Shown here: positions 20,675 to 30,142 of the stretch, one piece after another | Numbering within the stretch: the first letter of the stretch is position 1 | Layout of the letters: every line of letters begins with the position of its first letter | Sequence record: PP993145.1 | DNA from: Escherichia phage phiP4 | Direction: 5' to 3' (one strand) | Length of the DNA: 64,000 nucleotides | The notes under the pieces: generated by a model | Told to the model about the DNA's origin: nothing | The model's database searches: none | The model's input: only the letters and a program-made list of their open reading frames with translations | Made by a program: the position numbers and the translations under genes

Positions 20675-21991
20675 TTATTTACCACGGGAAATAGAGTAAA
20701 TTCCATAGCGCAGCGCATCACAAAGGTGAGAGTTAGCATCATGACGTGGTTTTTCACGTGATAATTTTTCTTCACCTTCTTGGAAATCCCACTTATAGTT
20801 CTGCAATGCATGAATTAATGAGGAACATGAAGCGTCTACAATAATCTTACCCTGCTGGAATAGCGCTTGCAAGCATGCTAGGCCATCTAGGACAGATTTC
20901 TTAGCGGGAGCAGAGGCAATTTCATGTTCATAAGCTAAGTCCTGACGGAACTGAGCTGCTGCAGAGTCAACGAAGATACGATCTACATTATAACGATCTA
21001 TACAGTGCTGAATATACGCAGCATGCTGAGCTGTGGTTTTCTCAGCCTGCTGGTACTCTTCTAATACATAGTAAGTATCTGTATCATAGTGATACTTGAT
21101 AGTAAGAACTGCTGTAGGATCACGATAACCAACGTCAATGCCAAGCAACGTTTCGAATGCTTCATCATCTTTAAAGAAGTGACGCATACCTTTAAGGTCT
21201 TTAACATGATCAATAGCATTAAAGGTATCAAAGATCTGACCTTCGAATACAGAGAAGTCAGCCTCGTATTCTTGGCGGAAGTAGTTTTTACTAACAGTAC
21301 GACGTGCCTCCTCAATATCATTCAGGTCAGCACGTGGATTATCACGATATGTACCATGAATAGATACCCAGTTAGGCAACGTATCATCAAACCCATAGGC
21401 ATAAAATTCTTTAAACCAGTTACCACCACGAGGAGTAGAGATAAACAGAGCCTTAGAATTAGGTTTATCTAGGGTAGGACGCAACTGAACTCTAAAGGCA
21501 TCACCACCTACATCGGAAATTGCCGCCTCGTCAAAGATGATAAAGTCATATGAACGTCCAACCGCGGAGTCGGCCTGCGCCGCGGAAGCTAGTTTAAACA
21601 GCGAGCCGTTTGCCAGCTCAATCTCTTTATCTTTAGCATTCTCACGTTCGGTTTGCAATCCATACTTCTTAATAAGACCACGAATCTGAGACCATCCGAT
21701 GTTGGCTAGTGAATAGTTAGGAGCAACTACTAGTACTTTTACATTAGGTTCCAGCAATTTTAGGAACCCAAGCGTATATGCTATGAAGGATTTACCTACA
21801 CGGCGTGATACACACGCCGTTACAAAACGATGTCTAGGATCTTCTAGCGCATTGATAATTGCTATTTGAGGACCATTAGGTGTAATACCTTCTTGTGCTA
21901 GTATTCCCGAAACAGGTAGACGAAAGAAACGTTTATCTATTCCGAAATCTATAACATCTACTGTATTAACGTAGGGTCTTGATACTTCCAT
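20675..21991 (-). CDS. terL: Terminase large subunit (438 aa)
   Basis: Walker A-like RRVGKSF and Walker B-like FIIFDEAA, a C-terminal nuclease-like region, and the same size as T5 TerL. Confidence 0.9.
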   Translation of the reverse strand: MEVSRPYVNTVDVIDFGIDKRFFRLPVSGILAQEGITPNGPQIAIINALEDPRHRFVTACVSRRVGKSFIAYTLGFLKLLEPNVKVLVVAPNYSLANIGWSQIRGLIKKYGLQTERENAKDKEIELANGSLFKLASAAQADSAVGRSYDFIIFDEAAISDVGGDAFRVQLRPTLDKPNSKALFISTPRGGNWFKEFYAYGFDDTLPNWVSIHGTYRDNPRADLNDIEEARRTVSKNYFRQEYEADFSVFEGQIFDTFNAIDHVKDLKGMRHFFKDDEAFETLLGIDVGYRDPTAVLTIKYHYDTDTYYVLEEYQQAEKTTAQHAAYIQHCIDRYNVDRIFVDSAAAQFRQDLAYEHEIASAPAKKSVLDGLACLQALFQQGKIIVDASCSSLIHALQNYKWDFQEGEEKLSREKPRHDANSHLCDALRYGIYSISRGK

Positions 21992-22473
21992 TACTTCTTA
22001 CCTCCAGTAGCTAGGGAAGTAATTAAGTCCATGTAGTTTTGATCCCCAGCTCCAGCAATAATATTATTCTGGATATTGGTCTGATTAGCAGGAGCACGGA
22101 CGGCAGCTTTAGCTTTTTCTAGTTCCACCATCATTTTCATCTCTTCCATCTTCATTTTATGTGCCTTCCAGAGAATATCCATAATATCCTGGTCAGAACC
22201 CATGCCAGTTTCTTCCAATTCCTCTAGCTTACGTTTAATAACTTCATCTAGAACACCGAACAAACGATCTCTATTACGGAAACCACTTTCCATAAAAATA
22301 TCGTTTAAGTAGTTCTTAACCTCACTACGATTCATAATATCTCGGAAAGCAATTTCGGACATTCCAAGACTACGTGCGGCAGAAGGCACATCACTGCCAC
22401 ACTGTAAATAAGCTTCAATTACATCCATCCCTTCAGGGGACATAAGATCTGGTACTAATACATCATTTGCCAT
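21991..22473 (-). CDS. terS: Terminase small subunit (160 aa)
   Basis: ATGA-coupled immediately upstream of terL. It has an HTH-like N-terminus and a coiled-coil middle region. Confidence 0.65.
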   Translation of the reverse strand: MANDVLVPDLMSPEGMDVIEAYLQCGSDVPSAARSLGMSEIAFRDIMNRSEVKNYLNDIFMESGFRNRDRLFGVLDEVIKRKLEELEETGMGSDQDIMDILWKAHKMKMEEMKMMVELEKAKAAVRAPANQTNIQNNIIAGAGDQNYMDLITSLATGGKK

Positions 22474-22483
22474 ATTTCCTCCT

Positions 22484-24271
22484 TTAGGTAAGGCGTTGAA
22501 CTGTTACTCGTAGTCTCGGTAAGAAAACTGCAGCGGATTCATTTGCATGTATAACTACACCTAACTCAGCGTTACCGTTACCCAAATTTTTAATAGTATA
22601 AATAAATCCACTTCTAGTGAATGTTAAATCATCAGGTCGACTAGCCCACTGCTGTGTATAGCTATAAGAAGCTGTAGTATGGAAGGGCACCAACTGATTG
22701 GGTGGTAAAGTTAATATTTGATGGAATACCCCGTCACCACCTGTATAACTTTGTTGTCTTCTACCTTGCACCTGCCACGCAGTACCACCATATGTTCGTA
22801 TAGGACCTCCTGCTGTATTAAGATTTCCGGCAACTACTTCAGTAGTTAGGATTACTGTAGAGTTTGCATTAGGTAATCCAAGACCTACTGTAGATAGGGC
22901 TACATACTTATTCCCTGTACCTGGATAAGAGGGGTTTATGTCATCACCTATGTAAGTACTAGCTACGTTATTTGGTAGTAATCGTAAAGGTACTGAAGAA
23001 GGTCCCCAAACAACTCCATGCTCATTACCTATAGTATTATTATTGGAATTAACATACCATTGTTTACCAGCAGAGAATTTGTAAATACTTATCTGAGACT
23101 TAGAACCTCCATAATTTACAGGCGACCATAAAGAACCTTTGTTAGAGCCTACAATTTCACATCTTGCTGTAGTATCTCCAAAGACTCCGGTATAAGCAAC
23201 GTTATTACCAATATATTCCATATCAGGTCTAGATGATAAGTTACCAAAAGCATTCTGATTAATGAATTTGTAACTGGTGTTTGGAAGACTAACACCTTTT
23301 ATAGTAAAGTTAGAAGGACTTATACGAATATCAGACCCAGTAAAAGGATTACTAGCAACGCTCATACTACCATTAGAGTATCTAAGATTCAGCACATACC
23401 AAATAACTTTGGTCGGAGTAATATTATAGCTATCTTGAACATACTTCTTCTTTGCTGCCTGTGATGCTAAATTAGATGTCGAGCCCCTACATACATAAAC
23501 CTTATTCGGATAGGTCGAAGAATTATATAGTACACTCACATTACTTGGCGTAGTGCCTTTTTTACCCGCGTATCCACGTATATTGGAGTTACAAACATAA
23601 AACCAATTATGACCCCTTTTCCCAGCCCCTATAGGGGCTTGCCAATTAGGGTGCCAGAAGTCAACATTACCACTATTTATAGATACTTTAGACGCCCCAG
23701 CTGGAAATCCTGCTAAAGTCCATGCTCTACCGATAGCTTCACCGGCATATGCCCCTCCAGGTCTGTATAAGTTAAATCCAGAAGCCTGTGATATAGTACC
23801 GCCAGTACCCTGTCTAGCTATTGACTCTTCATGGCCCAGACTAGAGTTATAAGTATAAGTACCATGTGCTAAACTATTACCAGATGCAAAAGCTGACGTA
23901 AGACCTAATTCAGCACCAGCCCTACCAATAGGGGGGTCTTCAAAAAATGCAAGAAATTGTCCAACCTGGGATTGAGTACCATTAAGAAAAGCTCTATGTG
24001 TACCATTTATCTCAACAGCGGTTAGTATAACCCTACCAGGATCATTACTCTTTAGGTTAGCTATTACAGAAGGCATCTGACATACAAAAAACCCATTTCC
24101 AGCGCTACTTAATGCACTTTCATAAGTACTCTCAACTAGAACAAAGGGCATATCAGAGTGAAATATAGTATTGGCATTAGGAGTTTTGTGAGCATTAATA
24201 TCCCCACCATTCACTTTGTTTAGTGATAATACAGTTTTACCATCACTATATTTTCCAGCGAAAAAACCCAT
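22484..24271 (-). CDS. oad: Receptor-binding protein pb5-like (595 aa)
   Basis: Last late gene, divergent from the llp lipoprotein gene exactly as in T5 (oad/llp). Gly/Asn/Ser/Thr-rich beta-type composition. Its length differs from the 640 aa I recall for T5 pb5. Confidence 0.7.
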   Translation of the reverse strand: MGFFAGKYSDGKTVLSLNKVNGGDINAHKTPNANTIFHSDMPFVLVESTYESALSSAGNGFFVCQMPSVIANLKSNDPGRVILTAVEINGTHRAFLNGTQSQVGQFLAFFEDPPIGRAGAELGLTSAFASGNSLAHGTYTYNSSLGHEESIARQGTGGTISQASGFNLYRPGGAYAGEAIGRAWTLAGFPAGASKVSINSGNVDFWHPNWQAPIGAGKRGHNWFYVCNSNIRGYAGKKGTTPSNVSVLYNSSTYPNKVYVCRGSTSNLASQAAKKKYVQDSYNITPTKVIWYVLNLRYSNGSMSVASNPFTGSDIRISPSNFTIKGVSLPNTSYKFINQNAFGNLSSRPDMEYIGNNVAYTGVFGDTTARCEIVGSNKGSLWSPVNYGGSKSQISIYKFSAGKQWYVNSNNNTIGNEHGVVWGPSSVPLRLLPNNVASTYIGDDINPSYPGTGNKYVALSTVGLGLPNANSTVILTTEVVAGNLNTAGGPIRTYGGTAWQVQGRRQQSYTGGDGVFHQILTLPPNQLVPFHTTASYSYTQQWASRPDDLTFTRSGFIYTIKNLGNGNAELGVVIHANESAAVFLPRLRVTVQRLT

Positions 24272-24356
24272 ATAATCTCCTATTATAAAAATGTATTTGC
24301 TTTCATCTCTCTATTTTGCTATAATATATTCATAAATTAGAAATGGAGAGATAAAT

Positions 24357-24623
24357 ATGAAAAAGTTTGTGATTGCACTAGTTGCCACAGTTATGTTATC
24401 TGGTTGTGCACCTGCTCCCAAACCATTTTGTACGGGATTTGTAAAATCTTTTGGTGGTGCGGGAGAAGAACATTACGGTCTCAAGGTTCAAAAAGTTCGT
24501 ATTAAGGGAGATCGCTTTCCAGTAGTACAGCTCCGTACTAAGTTTGGATGGTGGGATCTCAGTCAGTTTGACCTTAAATATGGTGATTGTAAATTTAAAC
24601 TAGAACAATCTAATTACTTGTAA
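24357..24623 (+). CDS. llp: Receptor-blocking lipoprotein Llp-like (88 aa)
   Basis: Signal peptide with lipobox MKKFVIALVATVMLSGC. It is divergently adjacent to the RBP gene, as T5 llp is. Confidence 0.7.
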   Translation: MKKFVIALVATVMLSGCAPAPKPFCTGFVKSFGGAGEEHYGLKVQKVRIKGDRFPVVQLRTKFGWWDLSQFDLKYGDCKFKLEQSNYL

Positions 24624-24785
24624 TTAGTATAAAACAAAAAGACATCCAAGTAAACTAAATTTTTTATTTCTTGGATGGTGTACTGGCAGAAACCACTATG
24701 TAAGAAAATTAGAAGTCCTTCTAGAAAGTCACGAGTATGGTTGGTTATGCACAAATTATAAAATATTTATTGGAGCACGAAATAT

Positions 24786-24914
24786 ATGTCAAACAAAAGA
24801 AAGAACAGACGCGGAGAAGTGTACAATAGCTGGATAAATAGTTTTGGGTTCGGAACTATCTTATTCCTAGTCTTCGTAGGTTTTTGGTTAGCAGCTATGG
24901 TGGGGTGGATTTAA
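24786..24914 (+). CDS. Small single-pass membrane protein (42 aa)
   Basis: Hand-translated as MSNKRKNRRGEVYNSWINSFGFGTILFLVFVGFWLAAMVGWI. Preceded by an SD (ttggagcacgaaatatATG) and joined to the next ORF by a TAATG overlap. Confidence 0.5.
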   Translation: MSNKRKNRRGEVYNSWINSFGFGTILFLVFVGFWLAAMVGWI

Positions 24915-25021
24915 TGGAATGGGTAATTATTGCACTGCTGGGGATTGTGATTATTGGGCAGTGTATTCTAGATAATCACTTAGCTAGAATTGAAACCTTA
25001 CTATCGGAGAAACGTAAATGA
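24914..25021 (+). CDS. Small single-pass membrane protein (35 aa)
   Basis: MEWVIIALLGIVIIGQCILDNHLARIETLLSEKRK, translationally coupled on both sides. Confidence 0.45.
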   Translation: MEWVIIALLGIVIIGQCILDNHLARIETLLSEKRK

Positions 25022-25212
25022 TGGAAGCGGCAGTTACACTAATAGTAATATTAGTCTGGGTAATCCTCATTGTCTCTCGTATCGTGTATCTCCGCCTAAA
25101 AACTCTAGAGGCTCAGGTAAAACAACAACAAGTTATTATAGAAAAGCTAGTACTACTGCAACGTTGTGATAGCACCCGTATTCTGCAAATTGAGAGGGAA
25201 TTAGATGTTTAG
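25018..25212 (+). CDS. Small single-pass membrane protein (64 aa)
   Basis: N-terminal TM segment AAVTLIVILVWVILIVSRIVYL followed by coiled coil. ATGATG overlap with the upstream ORF. Confidence 0.55.
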   Translation: MMEAAVTLIVILVWVILIVSRIVYLRLKTLEAQVKQQQVIIEKLVLLQRCDSTRILQIERELDV

Positions 25213-25450
25213 TATTATAATTGCTTTTATTATCGGGATACTCGCGGGGGTTTTCGGGACGACTGCGGCAATCAATAAGCACCGGAAATATATTGCGGGA
25301 GTGTCGCGGGAGATTGCGGAAAGGGAGCGGAAGTTTGACGAGAAACGTGCGGAGTTTGAGAGGGAATGGTCGGATGGATCTCGGGCGTCGCGGAAGAGAT
25401 TCCGTGAGTTCAGACCAGAACACAGGTTTGATGACCCTTCTATGCGCTAA
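25205..25450 (+). CDS. Small single-pass membrane protein with Arg/Glu-rich tail (81 aa)
   Basis: TM segment FSIIIAFIIGILAGVFGTTAAI followed by a charged tail. Fourth member of a coupled chain of small ORFs. Confidence 0.55.
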   Translation: MFSIIIAFIIGILAGVFGTTAAINKHRKYIAGVSREIAERERKFDEKRAEFEREWSDGSRASRKRFREFRPEHRFDDPSMR

Positions 25451-25551
25451 TTTGACTTTTGCCAAATTTCATAAGATTACACATGGAGGTGTGTCCAGTG
25501 GCCTCCCGGATGAGAATGAGTCTCATTACCGCCTGGTACTTAGCAAGCTAA

Positions 25552-25596
25552 TAGTCACGATATGCAATGATAACATACCGTGACTATTTCAATTTT
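25552..25596 (+). terminator. Convergent-operon hairpin/terminator between the small plus-strand ORFs and dmp
   Basis: Stem TAGTCACG...CGTGACTA (8 bp) followed by TTTCAATTTT. Confidence 0.45.
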
Positions 25597-25601
25597 AATT
25601 A

Positions 25602-26336
25602 TTACGCGACTTTTAATTTCTCAATATATTGTTGCGGGCTGCAACTATATTCTGCGCGTTCTTCCTCGGTCATACTTTCCCAACATAATTTCAATCGGTC
25701 CGCTAGGAACTGATAATCATTATCATCATCAAGCGATTCATCAATAAAGGTTCCGCCTATCAATGCCACGCCGATTGATAGAATATCATTAACGGCTTGC
25801 GCATCCAGCGTTTTAAATCCGTATGATGCCGCCGCCGCCAATACTCCTTTATGGTCATCAATCATTGTAAAATCAGCGTTCGGGTATAATTGTTTGAATA
25901 GCTCGAAATAATAACTTTTATATACTGCATCCTTGCTGTGGTATATTTCGCTAACCTTATCAGCCGTAAAATATTTGTGAAGTGTATCGCGGGAAAATAC
26001 ACGGATATTGGTATCCCCACGCCCGCGCAATCCTTGTTTGCGTAGGAAGTAATAATCTGACTTGCTCATCAGGCGAGCGGTGCAAATAATGTTTAAAGTA
26101 TTTGCGTCATTCATGCATTGGCGCATATATTCCACCAAAGGCAATAAAGTATCTTGCATTATTAAATGATGCTTGCAAGCCTCGTTTTTGTATTTATTTA
26201 AATCTAAATTCCCGTCGCTATCAAAGCAAGGCGCTACACGATGGAATGAATTAACGATAGTGCCATCAAGATCCCAAATCATGACGCGGGAAATATGCGG
26301 AAAATTACGGGTAATATTCGTTTTAACTTGATTCAT
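25602..26336 (-). CDS. dmp: 5'-deoxyribonucleotidase (pre-early), HAD-type (244 aa from ATG 26336; ORF track start 26378)
   Basis: HAD motif I VMIWDLDGTIVNS. 244 aa from the SD-preceded MNQVKT start, equal to the size I recall for T5 Dmp. Synteny with A1 and A2. Confidence 0.75.
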   Translation of the reverse strand: MNQVKTNITRNFPHISRVMIWDLDGTIVNSFHRVAPCFDSDGNLDLNKYKNEACKHHLIMQDTLLPLVEYMRQCMNDANTLNIICTARLMSKSDYYFLRKQGLRGRGDTNIRVFSRDTLHKYFTADKVSEIYHSKDAVYKSYYFELFKQLYPNADFTMIDDHKGVLAAAASYGFKTLDAQAVNDILSIGVALIGGTFIDESLDDDNDYQFLADRLKLCWESMTEEERAEYSCSPQQYIEKLKVA

Positions 26337-26416
26337 TTTGTTACGTTCTCCAATAAAGGGATCTAGTTTATCCAGCATTGCCCGCTATTTATAAGCGGGC
26401 AATAATAAATCAACTA

Positions 26417-26809
26417 TTAAAGGCCATAAGCCAACGCATCAGCGATAAAACTAATATCCTCGCCAGATACACCGGAACGAATACCAGCACAAGTATATAC
26501 TTTCGCGCTAGATAGCTGATCATCAAAGCAAGCTGGGCAAGGCGCGACAACTGCAAACGCAAGGCCAGCTTTCACGGCGTCGATGATAATCGTTTCCTGC
26601 TTCACCGTATCAACATAAACGCCCGCGGCCTTGATGTGACTACTTGCGCGGCCTTGCGTATAGGCGAAAGTCGTGATCTGTAGCGCCTCATTAAACTCAA
26701 TTAAGTCATCAACAACGTGACCGGCCTCAACGTGATACCGCTCACCATTTGAATAAACCAGAACGATTGAGGACTGAGCGCGATCGAATGGAATATTTTG
26801 CTTTTTCAT
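26417..26809 (-). CDS. Pre-early hypothetical protein (130 aa)
   Basis: ORF between A1 and dmp with E. coli-like codon usage. No motif recognised. Confidence 0.6.
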   Translation of the reverse strand: MKKQNIPFDRAQSSIVLVYSNGERYHVEAGHVVDDLIEFNEALQITTFAYTQGRASSHIKAAGVYVDTVKQETIIIDAVKAGLAFAVVAPCPACFDDQLSSAKVYTCAGIRSGVSGEDISFIADALAYGL

Positions 26810-26881
26810 ATTTATAAAACTCCAATTAATTTAATAAACTTTTATAGCGGCTATATTTCAAGCCGCTGGGGAATAATTTAA

Positions 26882-28546
26882 TTACGCGAAAAATTTGCCG
26901 TTTTTAAAGTCAATCAAAGTGCGCTGCCCGTTCGCATAGGTAATTAAATGCGTTTGCGTCCAACTTGACGCGCCAACGTTGTAACCCATATCCAGACTAC
27001 CAGCAACGCCAGCGGTATAAACGCCGCCGTAAATGCTGGCGGTGTGGGTGTGCCCCGTGTTTAATTTGCCCAATTTCTTAAACTGCTTCGGATTACCACG
27101 GCTGCCGTTAATGCCGTTGTGACCGTGTACGCCGCATTCAATGCCTGCAATTTTAAATGATTGGTCAGTGGTCAGGAAAATTGCGTTAAACTCGCAACCT
27201 GCGACGTCACGCAGCGCATAATCCAGCACGTTGAAAGTATCGTCATGATTACCGATTGCCGCGTAAATCGCAGCATTAAGGCGGTGATATAGTTCCGCAT
27301 TGGCTGGATCGTCTTTAATGTTAGCATTGCGATCATCAAGCCAACGGGATAACGCCAAATCGTGGTTTGATTCGACAATGATCGTTTGACTAAAATCGCG
27401 CTCCATTGACTCCAGCACGCGCCCGGTATCGATCAGATCATCCAGAACTTTATCACGTCCGGCTGCATACTGTTTCGCTAGGAATACACCAGAGGCGCGA
27501 TTATGATGATTGCGCGATGTAAAATCATGCACGTCATGCACAAACTGATATTTAGGCTTGAGAATATCAAGCAAGCTGTTTTCGCCAGCCCATGACGCTG
27601 CGGCGCACTCCTCATCTAATTTCTCGGCGTGTACGTCGCCATATTGCAAGCCTAAAACATGCCCCGACGTTTCAAAACATCCGGCGGGAGTGGCGCAAAT
27701 ATTCAAATCGTAAAACATGCCGCTTTCGTCCATCGTTTCAAGCTGGCGAACAAAAAATTCCCCGTCCTCGTCGAACTCAACAATCAGCGCACCGTAATTA
27801 TGCAGCGCCTCCGCTTTTTGCCCTGCTTTTTGCTGAATGTAGTTTTTGAGCGTTGCCGTTCCGGTTGAGTACATGCGGCGTACTACTTCACCTTTGAGAG
27901 CTGGCACGCTTTCAGCGGTGATTTTAGCGTGACCAATTGCCAGACCTTCCAGATTAAGCGCGGTTGCAGTTTCAGCAAATCCAGATAGCGGATAATCTGC
28001 CGTTGGCAAAACATTAATTTCAGCCATGAAAGCAAAACGGCGATTGTTTAAAAACACGTTTTTGCTGCAAATATATTTATCAAACGCGGAATCATATTTT
28101 ACACCGTCTGCGCCTTCTCCGTTCTGAAAACCGTTTTTATTATAAATATACTTAGAAACAAGCAAATCAGCGCCGATAAATTTAGCATATTGTTCAAGCG
28201 AGGCTAAAAAGTTTTTATGCGGGAAAGTATTGTTCTGAATTGATGTAATAATAAAGCGTTTGCCCTGTTTTACTTCCCACTGTTCCACCGTGCTGGAAAT
28301 AATTCCAGCCGCCTCGGGGCGCTCGTCGTTTTTAATGGCTTTTGCTACTTTCGCCGCTTTTGGTTTTGCTGGTTTATTTGCTTCCAGCCAATCACAAATC
28401 GCGGTCGAGTGTTTCGTTGTATCGTAGACCGCTTTTGATATATCGTCGCAGACTTCCAGCTTAGTAGCGCGCAGACGTTTACCGTAGAAATTAAAGTCAG
28501 CGGCCAGCTTCAGGATAACGGTTTGTTTTTCTGCGGAAATAATCAT
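26882..28546 (-). CDS. A1: Pre-early protein A1-like, metallophosphoesterase-type (554 aa from SD-preceded ATG at 28546; ORF track start 28636)
   Basis: Calcineurin-like phosphoesterase motif series (GDVH, VHDVHDF, ESNHD, GVHGHNG, TGHTHT). Size is close to T5 A1 (556 aa as I recall), and it is adjacent to A2 and dmp. Confidence 0.75.
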   Translation of the reverse strand: MIISAEKQTVILKLAADFNFYGKRLRATKLEVCDDISKAVYDTTKHSTAICDWLEANKPAKPKAAKVAKAIKNDERPEAAGIISSTVEQWEVKQGKRFIITSIQNNTFPHKNFLASLEQYAKFIGADLLVSKYIYNKNGFQNGEGADGVKYDSAFDKYICSKNVFLNNRRFAFMAEINVLPTADYPLSGFAETATALNLEGLAIGHAKITAESVPALKGEVVRRMYSTGTATLKNYIQQKAGQKAEALHNYGALIVEFDEDGEFFVRQLETMDESGMFYDLNICATPAGCFETSGHVLGLQYGDVHAEKLDEECAAASWAGENSLLDILKPKYQFVHDVHDFTSRNHHNRASGVFLAKQYAAGRDKVLDDLIDTGRVLESMERDFSQTIIVESNHDLALSRWLDDRNANIKDDPANAELYHRLNAAIYAAIGNHDDTFNVLDYALRDVAGCEFNAIFLTTDQSFKIAGIECGVHGHNGINGSRGNPKQFKKLGKLNTGHTHTASIYGGVYTAGVAGSLDMGYNVGASSWTQTHLITYANGQRTLIDFKNGKFFA

Positions 28547-28635
28547 AATAATAAACTCCATTAAAGGGATAAGGTTAATAACGGCAATATTGCCAAATAT
28601 AACGCCTCCAATAATAGGCGTTATAATTTGCAACA

Positions 28636-28833
28636 TTAATTTAAAGGCATCAGGCTAGAACTAACACCACAAACAACGGCGGCAATAAAACAAATCAGGC
28701 CCAAACGCTTCGCTAACTTAGATTTGCGTTTAAAATAATACGAATCTAAATCATTTTGAAAATATGCGAACAATAACGAGGCCGCCATAATAAATAAGCC
28801 TAGAATCAACGATTCAGTAGGGTAAAAGATCAT
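28636..28833 (-). CDS. Small two-TM membrane protein (65 aa from SD-preceded ATG 28833)
   Basis: MIFYPTESLILGLFIMAASLLFAYF...LGLICFIAAVVCGVSS, preceded by an SD (ctggagttattaaaATG). Confidence 0.5.
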   Translation of the reverse strand: MIFYPTESLILGLFIMAASLLFAYFQNDLDSYYFKRKSKLAKRLGLICFIAAVVCGVSSSLMPLN

Positions 28834-28890
28834 TTTAATAACTCCAGTTAAAGGGAAATTATAGTGGGGAATAATCCCCACTATTTAAAT

Positions 28891-29298
28891 TTATTCACCT
28901 GCGGCCTGTTTTACTTCATCGGCAACGCCTAACAACTGCGCCACGGCGTCCAGCGTTTCCAGCTTCGCGCTTTCAAGGCTTGCCAGATCATCGGCGTCCT
29001 TGATAATGCCGGAATCAATAGCGTGTTTTGCAATCACTCGCACGTAATGAGCTTTGCGGATTGAACTACCGCCGCCAACTTTGCGCGGCTTATCGCTTTT
29101 TTGATATGCTTTCGCGCTGGTCAATTTTGAGCGAACTGACACGGGAGAAGCCGCGCCAACTGCTTTCGCAATCTCTTTCAGGCCGTCGCTATTTGCGAAA
29201 TCTAAACCGTTTTCATTGATTAACTGCTGATACATGGTAACAGCTTTTTGGGTGTTTTCTTCGTTCCAAGAAAATTTTGCGGTTTTTGCGTTAGTCAT
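28891..29298 (-). CDS. A2: Pre-early DNA-binding protein A2-like (135 aa)
   Basis: Its 135 aa equals T5 A2, and it lies immediately upstream of A1. Confidence 0.7.
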   Translation of the reverse strand: MTNAKTAKFSWNEENTQKAVTMYQQLINENGLDFANSDGLKEIAKAVGAASPVSVRSKLTSAKAYQKSDKPRKVGGGSSIRKAHYVRVIAKHAIDSGIIKDADDLASLESAKLETLDAVAQLLGVADEVKQAAGE

Positions 29299-29398
29299 GG
29301 TAAAAACTCCAATTAATTTAATTTAAGGGATTAAATGATTAACTAATGTTAATCGTTATATGCCCCGAACTACTGGGGCATATAAAGTTAACACTATA

Positions 29399-29650
29399 TT
29401 ATAAAACGGCTTCCCATTTTTCGTTACGTTGAACAACCTTTACAACGTCGCCGGATTTAACGCGAACGCTAAAAACGGTTTTTCCGTTGTTACTGCGCTC
29501 ATTTTCAGCGTATACCGCGTCGATTGTATCAAACGGCATAAGCGCCGCGCCTTTAATACGTTCGGCTTTTCCGGTTAATTCATCCGTTTTAGTAACGAAA
29601 GGAATAAAAACAGATTGACCAATTTTCGGCGCGGTAATAACGTTTTGCAT
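29399..29650 (-). CDS. Pre-early hypothetical protein (83 aa)
   Basis: ORF with an SD (aactggagtttatattATG), upstream of A2. Confidence 0.55.
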   Translation of the reverse strand: MQNVITAPKIGQSVFIPFVTKTDELTGKAERIKGAALMPFDTIDAVYAENERSNNGKTVFSVRVKSGDVVKVVQRNEKWEAVL

Positions 29651-29687
29651 AATATAAACTCCAGTTTATTTGATGGATTGTTCCGCA

Positions 29688-29715
29688 TTATCTGCTAGAA
29701 AATACTAGCAGATAA
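29688..29715. promoter_or_regulatory. Perfect 11-bp inverted repeat TTATCTGCTAG-aaaata-CTAGCAGATAA (operator-like) upstream of the leftward pre-early operon
   Basis: Palindrome read directly from the sequence. It overlaps a GATAAT -10-like hexamer on the minus strand. The TAGCAGA half-site recurs at 30636 and 30697. Confidence 0.55.
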
Positions 29716-29853
29716 TAAGAAGAAATCCGCTCGCCATTATAAAATCAATTTAAGGAACTCCACGCGGGCCGCTATATCCCAGTTAGGGGGCGGGATGCAT
29801 TATGGTAAGCACCGACCGTCAAATTGTATCAAGTTATCGCTCTTATCGAACTG

Positions 29854-29876
29854 GGTACATCTTAAAGCCTATCGGC
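29854..29876. repeat. Left copy of 23-bp inverted repeat (GGTACATCTTAAAGCCTATCGGC) flanking the 67-aa ORF
   Basis: Its reverse complement matches 30120..30142 at 22 of 23 positions. Confidence 0.85.
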
Positions 29877-29883
29877 TAGGTTG

Positions 29884-30087
29884 TCAAACTATTTTTTGCA
29901 GTTTTTTATGATTTTCCTTCAGGTCGATCATAATATTTCGCCAGATCATTTCTAGTCCTTGCTGGCGGCCTTTCTTGTACTGCTCAAATCGATATTTTAC
30001 CGATCTTTGCGCTACTGTCAATAAATTTTTTGTTTTGCTATCCAGTGCCTTGCTAGGTTTACCAGTGATCAATAAAGTTTGTTTCAT
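29884..30087 (-). CDS. Small basic protein (67 aa) bracketed by a 23-bp inverted repeat
   Basis: ORF MKQTLLITGKPSKALDSKTKNLLTVAQRSVKYRFEQYKKGRQQG..., Lys/Arg/Gln-rich. Function unknown. Confidence 0.45.
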   Translation of the reverse strand: MKQTLLITGKPSKALDSKTKNLLTVAQRSVKYRFEQYKKGRQQGLEMIWRNIMIDLKENHKKLQKIV

Positions 30088-30119
30088 ATCGTCGATTCCT
30101 TATAATGAATAAGTTTACC

Positions 30120-30142
30120 GCCGATAGGCTTTAAGATATACC
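30120..30142. repeat. Right copy of 23-bp inverted repeat flanking the 67-aa ORF
   Basis: GCCGATAGGCTTTAAGATATACC, with one mismatch to the reverse complement of 29854..29876. Confidence 0.85.

Noticed and set aside
10737-21472. Antisense ORFs inside structural genes (for example 10737..10937, 12521..12772, 15404..15679, 16436..16963, 19455..19742 and 21089..21472 on the plus strand, and 14829..15026, 16300..16515 and 21061..21321 as alternate minus frames)
   Set aside because: They are wholly nested in long, well-supported genes. They have no start context and low-complexity or hydrophobic artefactual sequences.
25136-25583. ORFs 25136..25465 (minus) and 25221..25583 (plus, Arg/Gly-rich)
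   Set aside because: They overlap the coupled chain of small TM ORFs in other frames or on the other strand. The Arg-rich sequences are typical of off-frame reading of GC-rich DNA.
29854-30142. An IS or MITE-type mobile element, suggested by the 23-bp terminal inverted repeats
   Set aside because: There is no transposase and I could not identify a target-site duplication. The enclosed ORF is only 67 aa. It is reported as an unexplained IR-bracketed unit rather than called a mobile element.
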